Notes: a model not told the origin generated them from the letters alone. DNA of 64,000 nt from Chiloscyllium plagiosum (GCF_004010195.1 NC_057719.1:73266365-73330364); one strand, 5' to 3'. Shown: positions 1 to 14,200, counted from the first letter of the stretch. Numbers and translations are program-made.

Positions 1-197
1 GACCTCTCCGCCCCCACCCCCGTCTGACCTATCACCCTCACCTTGACCTCTTTCCACCTATCGTATTTCCAACGCCCCTCCCCCAAGTCCCTCCTCCCTA
101 CCTTTTATCTTAGCCTGCTGGACAAACTTTCCTCATTCCTGAAGAAGGGCTTATGCCCGAAACGTCGATTCTCCTGTTCCCTGGATGCTGCCTGACA
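1..197 (+). mobile_element. Penelope-like element (PLE) 3' region/pLTR fragment, family A
   Basis: C-rich tract followed by ...TTCCTGAAGAAGGGCTTATGCCCGAAACGTCGATTCTCCTGTTCCCTGGATGCTGCCTGAC, shared with copies at 15189, 28032, 28976, 45910 and 55748. Confidence 0.75.
139..166 (+). ncRNA. Minimal type-I hammerhead ribozyme motif
   Basis: CTGAAGA-A-GGGC(TTAT)GCCC-GAAA-CGTC: intact core, 4-bp stem II, palindromic ACGT stem III, GUC triplet. Confidence 0.75.
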
Positions 198-326
198 TCC
201 TAACCTCAGGCCCAATTTTATGTCATGGGATCCTTTCCTACACCATGACTCAGATGGATACAAGAATATATGAGTAAATTGTATCACCTTACCCTTTTCT
301 TTCTCTCTGTGAGGAATTGCCTCAAG

Positions 327-523
327 ATTATAGAGTGATAGAGACACATAGGACAGAAATAGACCATTTGGCCAAACAATTCATACCAAACTTAACCCCA
401 AACTAAACTAGTCCCACCCTACCTGATCCTGGTCTATATCCCTCCAAATCCTTCCTATTCATGTCCTTATCCAAGTACCTACATCCATCATTTCCTCAGG
501 AAGATCATTCCACATGTGAACCA
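327..523 (-). mobile_element. CR1 LINE 3' tail fragment
   Basis: Reverse complement of the CR1 3'UTR seen at 6130-6270 and 33330-33478. Confidence 0.7.
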
Positions 524-1139
524 AGATAATGGTTGTGAAGGAGTTAATTTGATACCGCTTTAGCTCCAGTCAATCTGATGATGTCACACTACCTTTGGGT
601 AAAGCAGTTAATAGTTCTTGAGAGGGGCAGATATGTTCTGCACAGTTCTTGACATTCCTAATTAATATTGCCTCGCAAGTTAATGTCAGCTAGGTCCATT
701 GCTATCATGCAATACTATGTAACACAAATACCTCTTTTGTTTAGACTCATCAGTCATCTGTTCTCAACTGACAAGCCCTAGATTCTGTATAGATAAAGGG
801 GGATTTTGGGAACAAACTATCCAAGCCAGTATATAACATAATTGAGAATTCATCGTGTTGGGACAATGCAATATGGGTGGGATATAATCACACAACTCAT
901 TGTTATGGGAGATCATATATGTGTGCTAAGCCACTAAGTCACTCAGTTGGAATTGGTTTTAGTGATGGATCTTGCTTCACAACTAAAACCATAACTTCTT
1001 TGTTAAGGTCTCATTTTACACCTCCAGTACCTCGTATACATTGCAATGATCATGTGTATTTGTTTAACAGGTTTTATAGGTATCAAAGTTCTTGATTAGA
1101 AATTCTATTCTCATCCAAAAATCTGTTTCCAGTGAGAGC

Positions 1140-1368
1140 TACCAGTGTGGAAATTGGCCATTCATCCTATCGAGTCCACACTGACCCTCTGAAATGCATC
1201 CCACCGAGACCTAACACCTCCACGCCCCCCACCCCCACCCCCACCCCCACCCCCCCAACCCTAGTCCTGTAAACCTTTTCCCATGACTAATCCACCTAGC
1301 TTGCATATCTCTGGACACTATGAGCAATTTAGCACAGCCAATTCATCTAACCTTCACATCTTTGGACG
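1140..1368 (-). mobile_element. V-SINE (HE1-like) 3' fragment with (CCCCCA)n expansion
   Basis: CAATTTAGCACAGCCAATTCATCTAACCTTCACATCTTTGGAC is the reverse complement of the SINE body at 18097-18140. Confidence 0.7.
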
Positions 1369-2629
1369 GTTATAGATGAAGAACAGAGTGTCTCTCTGAT
1401 TTCCCCTCTTCTTAACTGAGGGAGCACTATCTTTTTCAGATTAACACAGACCAAAGATAAAACATGGAGTGACGATGCTATTCCCCAGATTAGTTACTAA
1501 AGTTAAACTCAAATGAGCCATCGAGAGAAGCCCCAACAGTGTCTTTAGGTATGCAGTTCTACAAACTTACAGAAGGATCTTAAAAAAATCAGCAAATCCA
1601 GCATTCACACACAAACCTCAGAGGCAGAAAGACTTCATTCTCCTTGAATTTTAAGGTCTTGATAAGTGGAAATAAATAGACTTTCTCTGTGTGATATAAT
1701 TGTAATTTTGATCATCAAAAAACTACTGATGCTGACAGTTGACAGAAAAGCAAATACGTACAGTGCTGTCATCAAAGGCTGGAGGATACAAAAATGGAAG
1801 TGGGGATTGAAATTCATATCATTTCTAATTTTAACAAATAAAGTCAAATAGAAAGTGATTAATTTTTTAAAAATTTTCTTCACGGAAATGAGAAGGCACA
1901 AATTTCGTTATTATCCATAAAGGTTTATTTATGCATTTTTAAAAAAGATCCTCATTTAAATGTTTCGTAAATAGTCCAGGCACAATCTTGTTTCCTTTAT
2001 TATTCTTCTGTTTAAAAACTCTCTTCCAGTTAAATATGTGCAGAAATAGAAGGGGCTATTATAATGTTATTCAAGTCAACTTTTAGTTGAAATACAAGGC
2101 ATTCATACTTTTTTTTTTACAATTCAGAATTTAAATCAAAACCAGTAGCTCCCCTGTGAGATGGAAGGGAATCCATATTAGTAATGAAAAATCTGTTTCT
2201 TAATTAAATATTCAATTCTATTTAAAGATACACCATAATCTATTTAAATGTATTAAGACTTTGTCAAGATCAGAAATTTGAGGTCTAGTCTTGAGGGAAG
2301 CCGTAATGTAAGTTTTTATGAGCTGCAATTGTTGCTGCCAAAACAATATAATTAATTTTTAAAATTTTTTTCTCAGGTAATGCTAATGTGTAAATTACTG
2401 ACACATATCTAGCCAAAAAAGCAATAATTTTCTCTTTTTGAGGCAAATATGTTCTTGAATTGCTGCTAATTGGACGAATTTATAGAAAACCTCTCTGATG
2501 TTATGGCTCAAAGAATGCCCTTTGAAGCCTTCACGTGTATCTATAGAGTTATATGATCAGAGGCTTTGGGAAAGGAACCCCATGTCATCCTTGTGCCTGG
2601 AAATGACATCTGGAAATTGAATGTAAGAT

Positions 2630-3340
2630 CTTAAGAAACAGGAGTGTGAATAGGTCATATAGCACTCGGAACCTGCTCTACCATTGATTAAAATCATGGT
2701 GGCAACTTGACCAAACCCCATTTTCCTTGATTTCCACTAGAAAATTCTTCCCAAACATGTTTCATCATTGTCATCCCATTTTGAGACTTAAACATTGTCA
2801 TGGTGCCTCAGTGGAGGCATACCATGGGAGACGTGGAGACATATGAGATTCGGGGGAGGGGGCTTCACCCTTGTTGCCTCAGTGTTGGTGATTCCAGAAG
2901 TGGAGATCATGGACCTACATGGGATCCCAGCCCCACTTCGGTAGCCCTGCTCTAGAGACCAAGCATCCATTGACAGAATATAGCCCACAGCCTTCTTAGG
3001 TAGAGAATGCCAATGTTTCACAATCCTCTGTAGAAATTCCCTCTCATTATAGTTCTTTATAGCTGTGACTGTGTATACTAATTCTGGATTTTTCAACCAG
3101 AAGAAATAGACTTGCAACATCTACCATGACAAGCCTCAGGATCATATAAATTTCAAGGAGGTCACATCTCATGTTTTTGAGTTCTCCTCAATCTCTCCTC
3201 ATTGGGCAGCACGTTTATCAGAGAGTGTTTGTCAATTCTATCCAGGAAATCTTTGTGCACTCCTTGAAGGCAATTAAGACCTTTCAGAAACAAAAACTGT
3301 ACACAGAACTGTACACTCGTATCACAAAAAGGCTGTAAAA
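2630..3340 (-). mobile_element. Degraded CR1 ORF2 3' fragment
   Basis: Minus-strand peptides REFLQRIVKHWHSLP and LPNEERLR resemble the CR1 ORF2 C-terminus. Confidence 0.55.
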
Positions 3341-4109
3341 TTGCTACATCATTTGACACATGCTTCAACTCCTTAAAATCTTTAAAATTTAAAATGTTCA
3401 AATATTTTTAAAATATGAACATTTCTTCCCCTTTCAATCTATGTATTATATTCTAATTGTACCAGTCGAAAATCATTGTGGGAAAGTTTAGCCACCTAAT
3501 AGCATTAGGTAACTGAATTAACAATTGTAATGATTAGAATTGCAGTGTTAGTTCCAAGTTGATTAAGGCGAATTCAGCTGTCATGTTGCCAAGAACGTCA
3601 AGTTTCTCAGTATTGATATTGTCAGTGTTTATTATTTCAAATTAAATTAATTACAATATTAATAAAAAAACATTCAGGAGGAATGCCTGTTAAAGTTGGT
3701 TCTAACTTGAACGAGAAAAGGGATCTTTTTGGTCATAATATATCTTCTGGAACCCCATGCATTCTAGATTTTTACTGAGTTGCTGCTTCCCCTGTCTGTG
3801 AAAGCAGAAAGTTTTGAATATAGCATTATTATGTTTATATATAACATCTAGAAGCTAGCCTCATGGACCTTACATAGGTCTTATTTGAATATGTAAAGGG
3901 TATAACATTTTTACGTTCATGAATCAATATCCTTTACCAATATGGTAGACCTTGCACTTTTGGATGGAGCTGTGCCCATTTCCTGCCAGAAATAGTAGTC
4001 TGCTGTCCCCCACTCCCCAGACGCCAAGGCACTGCTGACTGTCAATGACATTCCCCATGATCCTTACTTTTAATGCTCTATCATCTGTCTGTCAATGGGA
4101 TAAGTAGAA

Positions 4110-7000
4110 AGACCAACAAACGGACACAAAGCAATTTATAAGAGTGGCTAAAAAGGGTTATGAAGGGAAACTTACAAGAGACATAAAAAGCAAGAAGAGA
4201 TTTTATATTTCTTTAAAAGGAAAGCAGCTGGTTAAGAGTACTCTTGGCCCACTGAAGGCTGGGAATGGGGATATTGTCCATGACCATGGGGAACATGTGG
4301 AATGATAACTTTCCTTCAGTATTCACAGCTGAAAAGGAGGATAGTTTGCCAGAAATCTCAAAGACTTTCAGAGTATCTGGAATAAGGCTAAGATAAAATT
4401 AGCTTTAATAAATCATTGATAATGGTGAAATTATTTGAACCAAAGTGACAAATCCCCAATGATTTCCATCCACGGTTGTTTAAGTAAATAGAAGATCACA
4501 TTGCTGATGCCCTAACTATAAACTTTCAGAGTTCCCTGGGTTCAGGAGCTGCACCTGTAGATTGGTAACTTACTCTTGTCGCTAGTTAGTCGAACATCTC
4601 TGGTGGGGAAATTGTTGAAGTTTATAATGCAGGTCAGTCAATGGATGTTGCTTGTATGGCCTTCAAGCAGAATTTTGATAAAGTCCCAGCTATTAGCTAA
4701 GGTGGAAGCCCATGGAATTGACAGCAAATTACTGGCATGGATAAAAAAATTGATTGATTTGGAATAATAGGCAAGTACTCAAATTGGTGCAGCGATCCAG
4801 GTTAGGACTTTAATTATTTGCAATGTTCATTAATGACTTCGATAATGGCATAAAAAGTCAGATATCCAAATTTGCTGATGACACAAAAGTAGGCAGCATT
4901 GTAGACAGTGTTAATGTCGACATTAAATTACAACAGAATGTTGATAGATGAGGTGAATGGGTAAAGGTGTGGCAGATGGATTTTAATATAACCAGATTCT
5001 GAGAGACTGGATCTACTGGCATCTGGACAGGTAAGGACTCATTTGGGATAGTTAACATACCTTTGTGCATGGGAAACCATGGGAAGCAAATAGATGAGGG
5101 CAGTGAGGTAGACATTGTCCACATGAATTTTAGTAAGGCCTTTGACTAGGCGCTGCAAGGTAAATCTACAAGATCTACTACAAGAATGGGATCCAGGAAG
5201 AGTTAGTCAATTGGGTACAAAATTAGCTTCATGGTACAAGGCAGAGAGTGATGGTATTGGGTTGTTTTTCAGACTTGAAGACTGCAACCAGTGGCGTGCC
5301 ACAGGGATTGGTGCTGGGTCCACTGTTACTTGTTAATTATGTAAATTATTTGGAAGAGAATTTAGGAGGTATAGTTAATAGGTTTGCAGATGACACCAAG
5401 ATTAGTGGTAAAGTGGACAATGAAGAAGGTTATGTGGGAATGCAGCGAGGTCTTGATCAAATGAACCAGTGGGCTGAGGAATGGCAGATGAAGTTTAATT
5501 TAGATAAATGCAAGGTTTTGCATTTTGGTAAGACAAGCCAGGCAATTGTAGGGCCCCAGGGAGTGTGATAGAACAAAGAGATCTAGAGGTACAGGTTTAT
5601 ATCTGCATAAAACTGGAGTCAAAAGTACACAGAGTGATGAAGAAGGCTTTCAGCATGCTTGATTTTATCAGTCAGAGCATTGAGCATAAGAATTAGGACG
5701 TCTTGTTGAAGATATACAACATATTGGTGAGGCCACATTTGAAGTATTGCATGCAGTTCTGGTCACCCTATTATAGAAATGATATTATTAAACTAGAAAG
5801 AGTGCAGAAAGGTTTTACTAGGAAGCTACGTGGGACTGAAGGTCTGAGTTATAAGGAGAGGGTGGATAGCTTGAGGATTTTTGTTAGAATAGCAGAGGTA
5901 AGCTTATGGAGGTCTTTAAAATCTTGAGAGGCATAGATAATAGATAGCCAACACCTTGTCTCCATGTTAGAGGAATCTAAAACTAGAGGGCATAGGTTTG
6001 GGGTAAGAGGGGAGAGATACAAAAGGGTCCAAGGGGCGATTTTTTAACATAGAGGGTAGTGAGTGTCTGGAACAGGTTGCCAGAGGTAGTGACAGAAGTA
6101 AGTACAATTTTGTCATTTCAGAAACATTTAGACAGGTACATAGATGGGATGGGTATGGAGGGATATGGACTAAACGCAGGCAAATGGGACCGGATTAAAT
6201 TGTGAAAACTGGATGTCATTGGCAAGTTGGGCCAAAGGGCCTGTTTCCATGCTATAGACCTCTATGACTTGATAAGTGTGAGGTTCTCCATTTAGGACCA
6301 AGACATTATACATCAGAGTATTGTTAGAAGGCACAAAGTTAAATAAAGTAGATGTCCAATAAAATTTAGGGGGTCAGGTGCACAATTCTTTAAAATGCCA
6401 CAGTCAGGTGCAGAAAGTAGTCAAGAAGGCTAATGCAATTCTTGCTTCGTGTCTAACTGACTAGAGCAGAGGGATGCAGATGTTGTGCTGCAGTTATATA
6501 AACAACTAGTGAGACCCCACTTCAGCAGGTTAAGAAAGATGCTTTGGCCCTGGAAGGAGTTCAGTGCAGGTTTTCCAAGAATAACACTTGGACTTCTGTT
6601 ATGAGAAGAGAGTAAACAAAGTAGGCCTTTATTCTCTAGAATTTAAAAGGTTAAGGGGTCGAGGTCTTGAGGATAATAATGGGGAAAGACAGGGTAGATG
6701 AAGAAAACTGTTTCCACTTACTGTAGATTCTAGAACTGGGTCGTAGTGTAAAAATTAGTCCAGACCATTCAGGAGAGAAGTGAGAAAGCACTCCTATGCA
6801 CAAAATGTTTGGAACTCTCTTCTTCAAAAAGAAGTTGATGCTAATTCAATTGTTAAATTTTAATCTGAGAGACATTTTTTATGAAGAAAGGGTGACAGGG
6901 GATATGGGCCAAAGCAGGCAAATGGAGTTAGCTCATAGATCAACTCTGATCCTATTGAATGATGGAGCAGGTGTGAAGGACTGTGTGGCCTACTCCTGTT
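4110..7000 (+). mobile_element. Old CR1 LINE (ORF2 RT region), split by a nested CR1
   Basis: KFADDTK at ~4868-4888. WQMDFNI ends at 4990 and DKCEVLHLG resumes at 6271. CR1 3'UTR to ~7000. Confidence 0.8.
4991..6270 (+). mobile_element. Nested 5'-truncated CR1 LINE
   Basis: SGVPQGLVLGP, FADDTK, WQMKFNLDKCKVLHFG and LVRPHLKYCMQFWSP motifs; ends in a CTCTATGACT tail. Confidence 0.85.
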
Positions 7001-7898
7001 CCCAAGCTCCTATCTTCCCATCTTACCCATTACATATTGAGTCTCTCCCCACCTTCCACAATTGTTACGGCTCTGCTTCCAGTGCGCTGCCTCTAATTTA
7101 CACTATTGAGTTCTTCAGATACGTCCTGCAGCAGTGATCCCTGATAACCATACTCCTTTTGACTTTTCATTGATAGACCCCCAGAATGACCATCACTTAC
7201 CCCCTTCATTAATTTTAGACAGCCTCAAACAACAAGTGACCAGAACTTAGCTTATATCTACCACAGCGTCCTGACTGACTGCTCATGACTTCACAAATTA
7301 GTTGCACTGGATGCACAGAGCTGACTGTGGCCTAACCCTAGACTGTAGAGGAATAGACCCCCTAGCTATGACCACCCTGAACAGTTGACTGACTATCTCC
7401 AAGCCCCTGGATTATCATTAGAGGCTGCACTTGGCTTACTATGTCAGGAACCCCTGCTGAAGATTGGCTTCTTTGGCTAAGAACCACGTCTCTCAGACTT
7501 TGAGCATGGCCAGTTGCTTGGAACACAAGCAGTGCGTTTATGATGTTCGCAGAAGGTACATGGTGCAGATGGCAGAGTATGGTGCTGTAGAGCAACATGT
7601 CCACCCCTTGATCGATCACAGTTGGCGAGGATGTCCAGCTGCCCCTGGCTTTGTGTCTGCGCTAAAAAACAAGACAATGTATTGTGAGCCTTTAATCCCT
7701 GGCTGAGGGAACAAAGCATTAAAAAATACCTGCAAAGCAAATTGGGAATGTGGCGCAGCATGAGTGAGTGCTAAGAGAGTGAGCAAGCAGCCCTGAGATG
7801 CACTCTGGTCCAAGCCAAGAGATAGATGCCTGACCCTGAATTCTTGCAGCAGGCCTCTCAATGTTCACTAGTGAGAATCTCATTCAACACTTTAAAAT

Positions 7899-8111
7899 AG
7901 AGTCATAGAGATGTATAGCATGGAAACAGACCATTTGATCCGATGCATCTAAGCCAACCAGATATTCTAACTTAATCTAGTCCCATTTGCCAGCACTTGG
8001 CCCATATCCCTCCAAACCCCTCCTGTTCATATACCCATCCAGATGTCTTTTAAATGTTGAATTGTATCAGCCACCACCACTTCATCTGGCAACTCATTCC
8101 ATACATGCACC
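7899..8111 (-). mobile_element. CR1 3' tail
   Basis: AGAGTCATAGAGATGTATAGCATGGAAACAGAC... is the reverse complement of 33290-33478. Confidence 0.8.
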
Positions 8112-10700
8112 TGGGACGTTTTGTTCGATATGCTGAGAAGCACTTCGCTAGGCACCTCACATGATGGCCTTTCTTGCCATGGCCCATGTTGTTCAGAGGA
8201 TAGAACCTATTGAGTTAACATCACAGTCAGCTGGTTACCTTCAGAACCAAAGGGGTATTATTTTGCATAAGGGAAAGACAGTAATCAAAGACAAACAAAA
8301 AAACATTGAATGTGGCTGCCTATGTGCAGCAGCTAGTGCTGTCATAGCTGTTTACAATCATTTTATATTTGATTGATCGGCATCTATTTTTCATTCTCTC
8401 CAAAACACTTCATAAAAATACCAAATAACTCTCAAATTCCTGAAATAGAAGAGTAGCAGAACAAAATGGAGAATAGGTGCTATTCAAAAACAACTCGTTG
8501 GATTACTGATATAGTTCTGAGCTAATAAAATGCCTGAAAATAGATCTGGCATTAATTTAATCCCTTTCAAAATCTAATATACTGTAGCAAGTAGGCTTGA
8601 CCCACATGATGAGTCATGGGTCTAAGTGAAAATAATACCAAGAGGCAATGTAATAAGACAGAATGTAATTCTTAATAAAAATAATTCTCCATGTCACATT
8701 CAGAGTAATTTGAGATGAATTACCAAGATTCATGATCTTTATTATTCCTCTGTTGTTTCTCTATTACACACAAGGATTTTCATGAATTTTAATCTTCACC
8801 TTGTTTCCTTTTCGAAAAGCACTTGTTCATGTTGGTATTTACTTCAGACCAACCCCTCAGTACCTTATCTAATTGTCAGTGCATGCTATTCAACTCTGGA
8901 AGTCATCACAGTAGAATCCTACTCTTTTGATCCTTGATGTCCAAGCACATGCATTTCCCAACGAGGATTTTTGGATGGATTCTACCTGAACAAAATTCCT
9001 TAATATTGGAATTGGATTGTACTAGAATGTAGCATTACCTTGGCTCTCAAAAAGGATTTGATTAATCCCTGCATGCAAGTCTACCAACTAAGCTTAAAAG
9101 CTGCAGGGATTTAAGATAAAGCTTGAAACATTAATTGAAAAGTTGTTTAACTGTGGAAAATGACACATACGTGTTCAAGGTGTTATGTGGGGGAGAGAAA
9201 TACTAAGTGGTATGATACACGGTTCGATTTTGCAATCTCCGTTGGTTTCTAATATGTGTTAATAATCTCAGGATATAATTGCTAAAACATCAAATAATAC
9301 CAAGTAGGAGGGGCAATTGTATCGAAGAATTAATTTGGAAGCTGCCAAAGAGAATAGGGAGAAAAAATGGCAGATGGAATTGAACAGATGTAACATGTAG
9401 GTGGGGGAAAAATGTATTTGTTGCTTGATTTATTTCGAGGTTGAATCTCTCCTCTGAGTCAGAAACTTGTATATTCAAGTCCATTAATTGGAGTTGGAAA
9501 CAAAGGGTGAAGTTTAAACCAGATGATGGAGGGCTCCTTTGGGGAAGACCCACTGCATTAAGTGACAGCTGGGCCTTTAAGCGGCCAGCAAAAAAGTCCT
9601 TCCCCAGGATCAAGGGATGGATGAAAGTCCTAACCCATGACTGATGTTAGCCAAACAGAGACCAGCAGCTCTTCATTGCCATCAGTGCCACTGGGGGCAG
9701 GGGCAGTGGGAATGGCCAGCAATGTACCCACCAGACACCCAACTGGGTGAAGGTGGGATGGAGATTTCATGGAGTAAGTCTTCAGTTGAGGAGAGCACAG
9801 GAGGTAGAAAAGGGCAGGAGGGCTGACTCTTAACAATAAACCTCCACCCCACATCCCAACTTCTCCTATCCCTAGTGAAAGCCAATAAGTTTGCCTTTCT
9901 GGTTTGTTCTCATCATTGCCACTGCTTGACTATGAGCAGTGACAAGATGAGACCCATAAGTGGATATTAATTGTGCATTTAAGAGTTTCAATCAGTTGTT
10001 GAGGAAAGAAGAATTACATGGTCCATCTCACCTCACATTTATTTTGCTCTTGTGCATTTATTGCATCACATATGATTCAGTGTTGGCATTTCCACTTCTG
10101 AGCTGGAAGGTGGTGGGAGTGAAATGTTGTCCTTTGATATTAAACTAAATACACCATTTGCCTATTCATAATATTTTGAAGATCAGGAGAGTTCTTCTTG
10201 ACATCCTGACCAACACTAGTGCGTCATATTTTCTGGTCATTATCACACTGCAATTTGTGAGACCTTACTGATTACAAATTGTCCTCTATATTTCCAACAT
10301 TTGAAAAGGACACTCAAGAGGACATGCTCTACACATATTTACAGAAGTTCATTCACACATTTTTCTTACGAGTGATTTGGTGGGAGATCAGGCCAGAGAC
10401 GTGACTGACCCAGGAAGATAGATGAAAAGATGAAGAGTGATTTTTTTTTGTTTTGAAATGAGAGGCTTCCCTTTTTAAAATATGTGTATGTTTGTGTGTG
10501 TGTGTGTCTATGCAGTTATGCAAATGTTTCGTTGAGGATCGAAATGCTGTGTTTTTATGCACTATGGCAAACTAATATTATGGCAATCAATATTAGTTAC
10601 ATAGTTGACATCAGGCTAGCTTTTACTTTCATTTTTTTACTGAATTCAAACTTTACTATTTGCCTTTGTGTGATTTGCACTCATGTCCCTATAGTATTAG

Positions 10701-10920
10701 GCAGAAGTGGGTACTGCAGATGCTGGAGATCAGAGTCAAGATTAGAGTGGTGCTGGAAAAGCACAGCAGGTCAGGCAGCATCCAAGGAGCAGGAAAATCG
10801 ATGTTTCTGGCAAAAGCCCTTCAGGAATTTCTGATGAAGGGCTTTTGCTTGAAACATTGATTTTCCTGCTCCTCGGATGCTGCCTGACCTGCTGTGCTTT
10901 TCCAGCACCACTCTAATCTC
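10701..10920. mobile_element. Palindromic (head-to-head) PLE insertion with degenerate hammerhead
   Basis: Inverted arms around ~10826. CTGATGA-A-GGGC(TTTT)GCTT-GAAA-CATT at 10831-10858. Degenerate 13-bp TSD at 10688-10700 / 10926-10938. Confidence 0.75.
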
Positions 10921-11285
10921 TTCTTCCCAGAGTATTAGCCTGGGGTTCAGGATTACTCGTGCGGCAACCTTAGCACTACACCAGTATCTCCCCAGATGTG
11001 CTACAAATTATGTGGATAACCAATTTAAAATTATCAGCCAGACTTTTAGTGTGGCTCTCTTGTGTATACTGAAAGCTACATGCTTCAATGCATAAGGTCC
11101 TGTTCTTTTAAAAATGGAAAGGACAAATATTGCACCTGTTTCAAAATACAAAGTTTGCAACTCCCACTCTCTAGCTCATTTCTCAAGGCAATATTGATCA
11201 GTGTCAACCTTCCTGGTTTAAATTTAAACAAATCTTGGTCATTAATCATTCTGAAGAAGGATTAAACAGGTTTCAAAATGTTAAA

Positions 11286-11590
11286 CAAGCACAGACAATG
11301 CTGGAGAAACTCAGTAGGACTGATGCATCTGTGGAGAGAGAAACAGAGTTAACATTTTGAGTCTAATATACCACTTCTTCAGAACTGAAATGTGTTGGAA
11401 GATAGGTTATATTTAAACTTTTGCCCAGTGCACAAGACAAAGATGTTGTTTGTCAAAAAGAAAAAAAAGACGTAAAATAGGTGCAAAGTAATTTAAAACA
11501 GGGAAAGAATTGGTCCTCCCTGCTACTGTTTCTCTATCCACAGATGCTGCCAGACCTGCTGAGTTTCTCCAGCATTCTCTATATTTGTTG
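11286..11590. mobile_element. Older PLE-derived inverted pair
   Basis: ATGCTGGAGAAACTCAG...GCATCTGTGGAGAGAGAAACAG is inverted relative to CTGTTTCTCTATCCACAGATGC...CTGAGTTTCTCCAGCAT. Degenerate hammerhead on the minus strand at 11351-11382. Confidence 0.55.
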
Positions 11591-13489
11591 GCAGTTAACT
11601 GTCAGTCATCATTAAGCTGGTACATTTCTCTGTGGTAACACTTCTACCAATCAGGGTCCACTTGCCAACCAACCAGCACTCTCTTCTCATTGAGTCTAAA
11701 ATGTTGTCCCATTTTATATTGGTGTTTTTATCAACTGTCCTGAAGAACACAAAATGAAAGGTGGTGAGAAAATGTATCTTTTCTTTTCAGCCGCACTCAA
11801 GTACTATCTATGTTGTGTTCAAGATTATAATGCTTGAGATTGAGGGCATTCAAAACACAGTGTAAACTGAGCCCTGTTTGAAAATAAATGATTTGACCTG
11901 CTGGCTCAGTGGGTTCATTCAGTTATAAAGCCTTTATGCTTGGAAAAGAAAATTAAGCTGGTCCTCCTGCTTTGAATCACAGTCCAGCAAACTCTGCTGG
12001 AAGACAATGGAAACACAGGTGGTAAAAACAAGATTCAACTTGACTGCTGCATCCCACAATATTAAATCTGTTTCGATTCTCTTCTGAACCATATCTCAGT
12101 ATGAACTAATAAGCTTTGGAAAGGAGTTGAGGGAGAACATTTGGCAGGGAAAGAAATCTTGCGTTGCTGCATTCATGCTATTCCTGTGAAAACAGAAGGA
12201 TTTACTATGGAGTTGAAGGTGGTTGTTTTGCTTGCAGTCTCATTTGTGACAACTGTGTCAATCTAGTCATTTACTAAAATGTCAAATTGACATCCTTACT
12301 GGTGAAACAAATTTAAATGAAACGTCAGCTGCCAAGAGGATTCTCTCATGCCTATGAGATTCTAATTAGTCAGGCACTAACATGATGTGGAATCCTGTGT
12401 CTGACTAAAAATCATTCCTGGTAGATTTTATTGCCTAATTTCCTTAATTTAGGAGAAACCTCTGTCATGCAACAGTTTTATTAATGGGAAGAAGTACTCA
12501 GTATAAGTTTAAATAGCATCTGGTTTTATCCAGACTCCTTAATAGCAGTGAAGTTGCTTCAAATGTCTTTTTCAGGGCATTAAAATTAATTTTAGCTATA
12601 TTTTTCAAAACTGTACATCCATTTACCACACCATTAGACATTTTAATTATAGTGTTTAACGGAGGAGTATGTTGAATGGCAGGCGTTTAAATCAACATTG
12701 AGGAGCATGGGTCAGACCTACTAGCATTTGAAACAATGTAGTGAGAATGGACTGCCATTATTTGACAAACTGTCCCTCTTGATAGCTTGTGGGGGCAATT
12801 TAAATTTTGGGGCTTTATTTTCAGAGAACCAGATTACTAAAATTGCTAAATATGAATCTGCAAATCACCTTCCTTCAAAGGTTAACCTTTTCTCATTCTG
12901 GGTCATTCTCTTGACAAACTGGATTTACTAATTTCACACAAAAAGCTTCAGTCATTTCATAAAAACCATAAAGTCGTTACAGCACAGCTAGAGTTCATTT
13001 GTCTTGTCAGCTCTGTGCTGGCTGTCTACAATAGCAACTCAGCTAGACCCTCTGTTTAAGACCTCACTCTGGTTGGATTTTTTTCCTCAACATTTAATTG
13101 AAATTCCAGTGCAGTCTGGAGTAGTGATACCCCTACCTCAGAGATTTGGATACAGCTTCACAGTTGTGGCCCATTCACCAGTGCTCCATACAGATAGTTT
13201 CTCTTCAGCAGGGAACCCAGATATTATGCTTTGGCTGCTATCTCTGCCATTGAAATATCAGTTCAGGATTATTCATGCACTTTCCTATGAGAGTAACTAA
13301 GCAGAGATCAGAAAAAGATTCTTCACTGATTGATCTAGCCATTAATAGCCCAAGAACAAAAAAATCCATTAGCATTGCATCTCAATTGTGTCCTCCATGC
13401 AATTAACTGCCAGGACAGACCATTTATTGAATGTGAGGTCTTCATGATCTCAGTAGATTTTCTATATTTGTGGAATACGATCTTTATTT

Positions 13490-14200
13490 ATATTAGCACC
13501 TAGACCAGGTACCACTCTGATAAATCAACGCTGCACTTCAATCAAGGCCAATATAGCTTCCTTAAAGTGTGGCACCCAGAATTGCTCACAGTCATCCAGA
13601 TGTGGTCTAACCATGGCTTTTAACAGCTGAAGCTCATTTCTACCCCTATGTATTCTATAACCCTACATGTAAGGGCCAGCATTCCATTAGCATTTTTAAA
13701 TTACTTTCTACAGCAAGTCATTATATTTTAATAAAATCGATGTACCAAGACCCACAAATTCTTTTGGACCACAATTAGTCCTACAGTTCCACATTTTGAA
13801 AGCACTCACATCTATACTTTTAAGTCAAAAAGGGCTGACATTTGCTTTCTTTGGAATCCATTTGCCATAGTTTTGCTGCTTCAACACGAGCTTCATGGGA
13901 AAATTTTCCTATCCTCTATTTCAGTTTTTTCTATAAAATGTTCAATGATGTTAATAAAGAATAAATCCAAGCTCACTTTTGTTGACAAGTTGAAAATTTC
14001 AACTGCGTTCAGTCACCCTATCTTTAATTAGCAATTTCCCGTCAACATGTGTTAGCAAACTAATCTATAATGTCCTGGAATCCTCTTCTCACACATCTTC
14101 AAAAGTAAGGTGGTATGCAAAATGTTCCAAACTTCAAAATCCATTTCCGAATTGAGAGAACTTTGGAAGATTATAGTTAGGCCACCTGCAATTTTCTAAT
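13490..14200 (-). mobile_element. Highly degraded CR1 ORF2 fragment
   Basis: CCCAGAATTGCTCACAGTCATCCAGATGTGGTCTAACC is the reverse complement of the VRPHLxxCxQFW coding motif. Confidence 0.55.

Noticed and set aside
1620..1782. Minus-strand segment with good acceptor and GTTTGT donor as a coding exon
   Set aside because: All three frames contain stops before that donor; at most non-coding or a micro-exon, and unsupported.
9490..9990. GC-richer tracts (also ~42490-42650 and ~63290-63620) with overlapping short ORFs
   Set aside because: No recognisable protein motif or splice structure; probably old repeats that I cannot classify.
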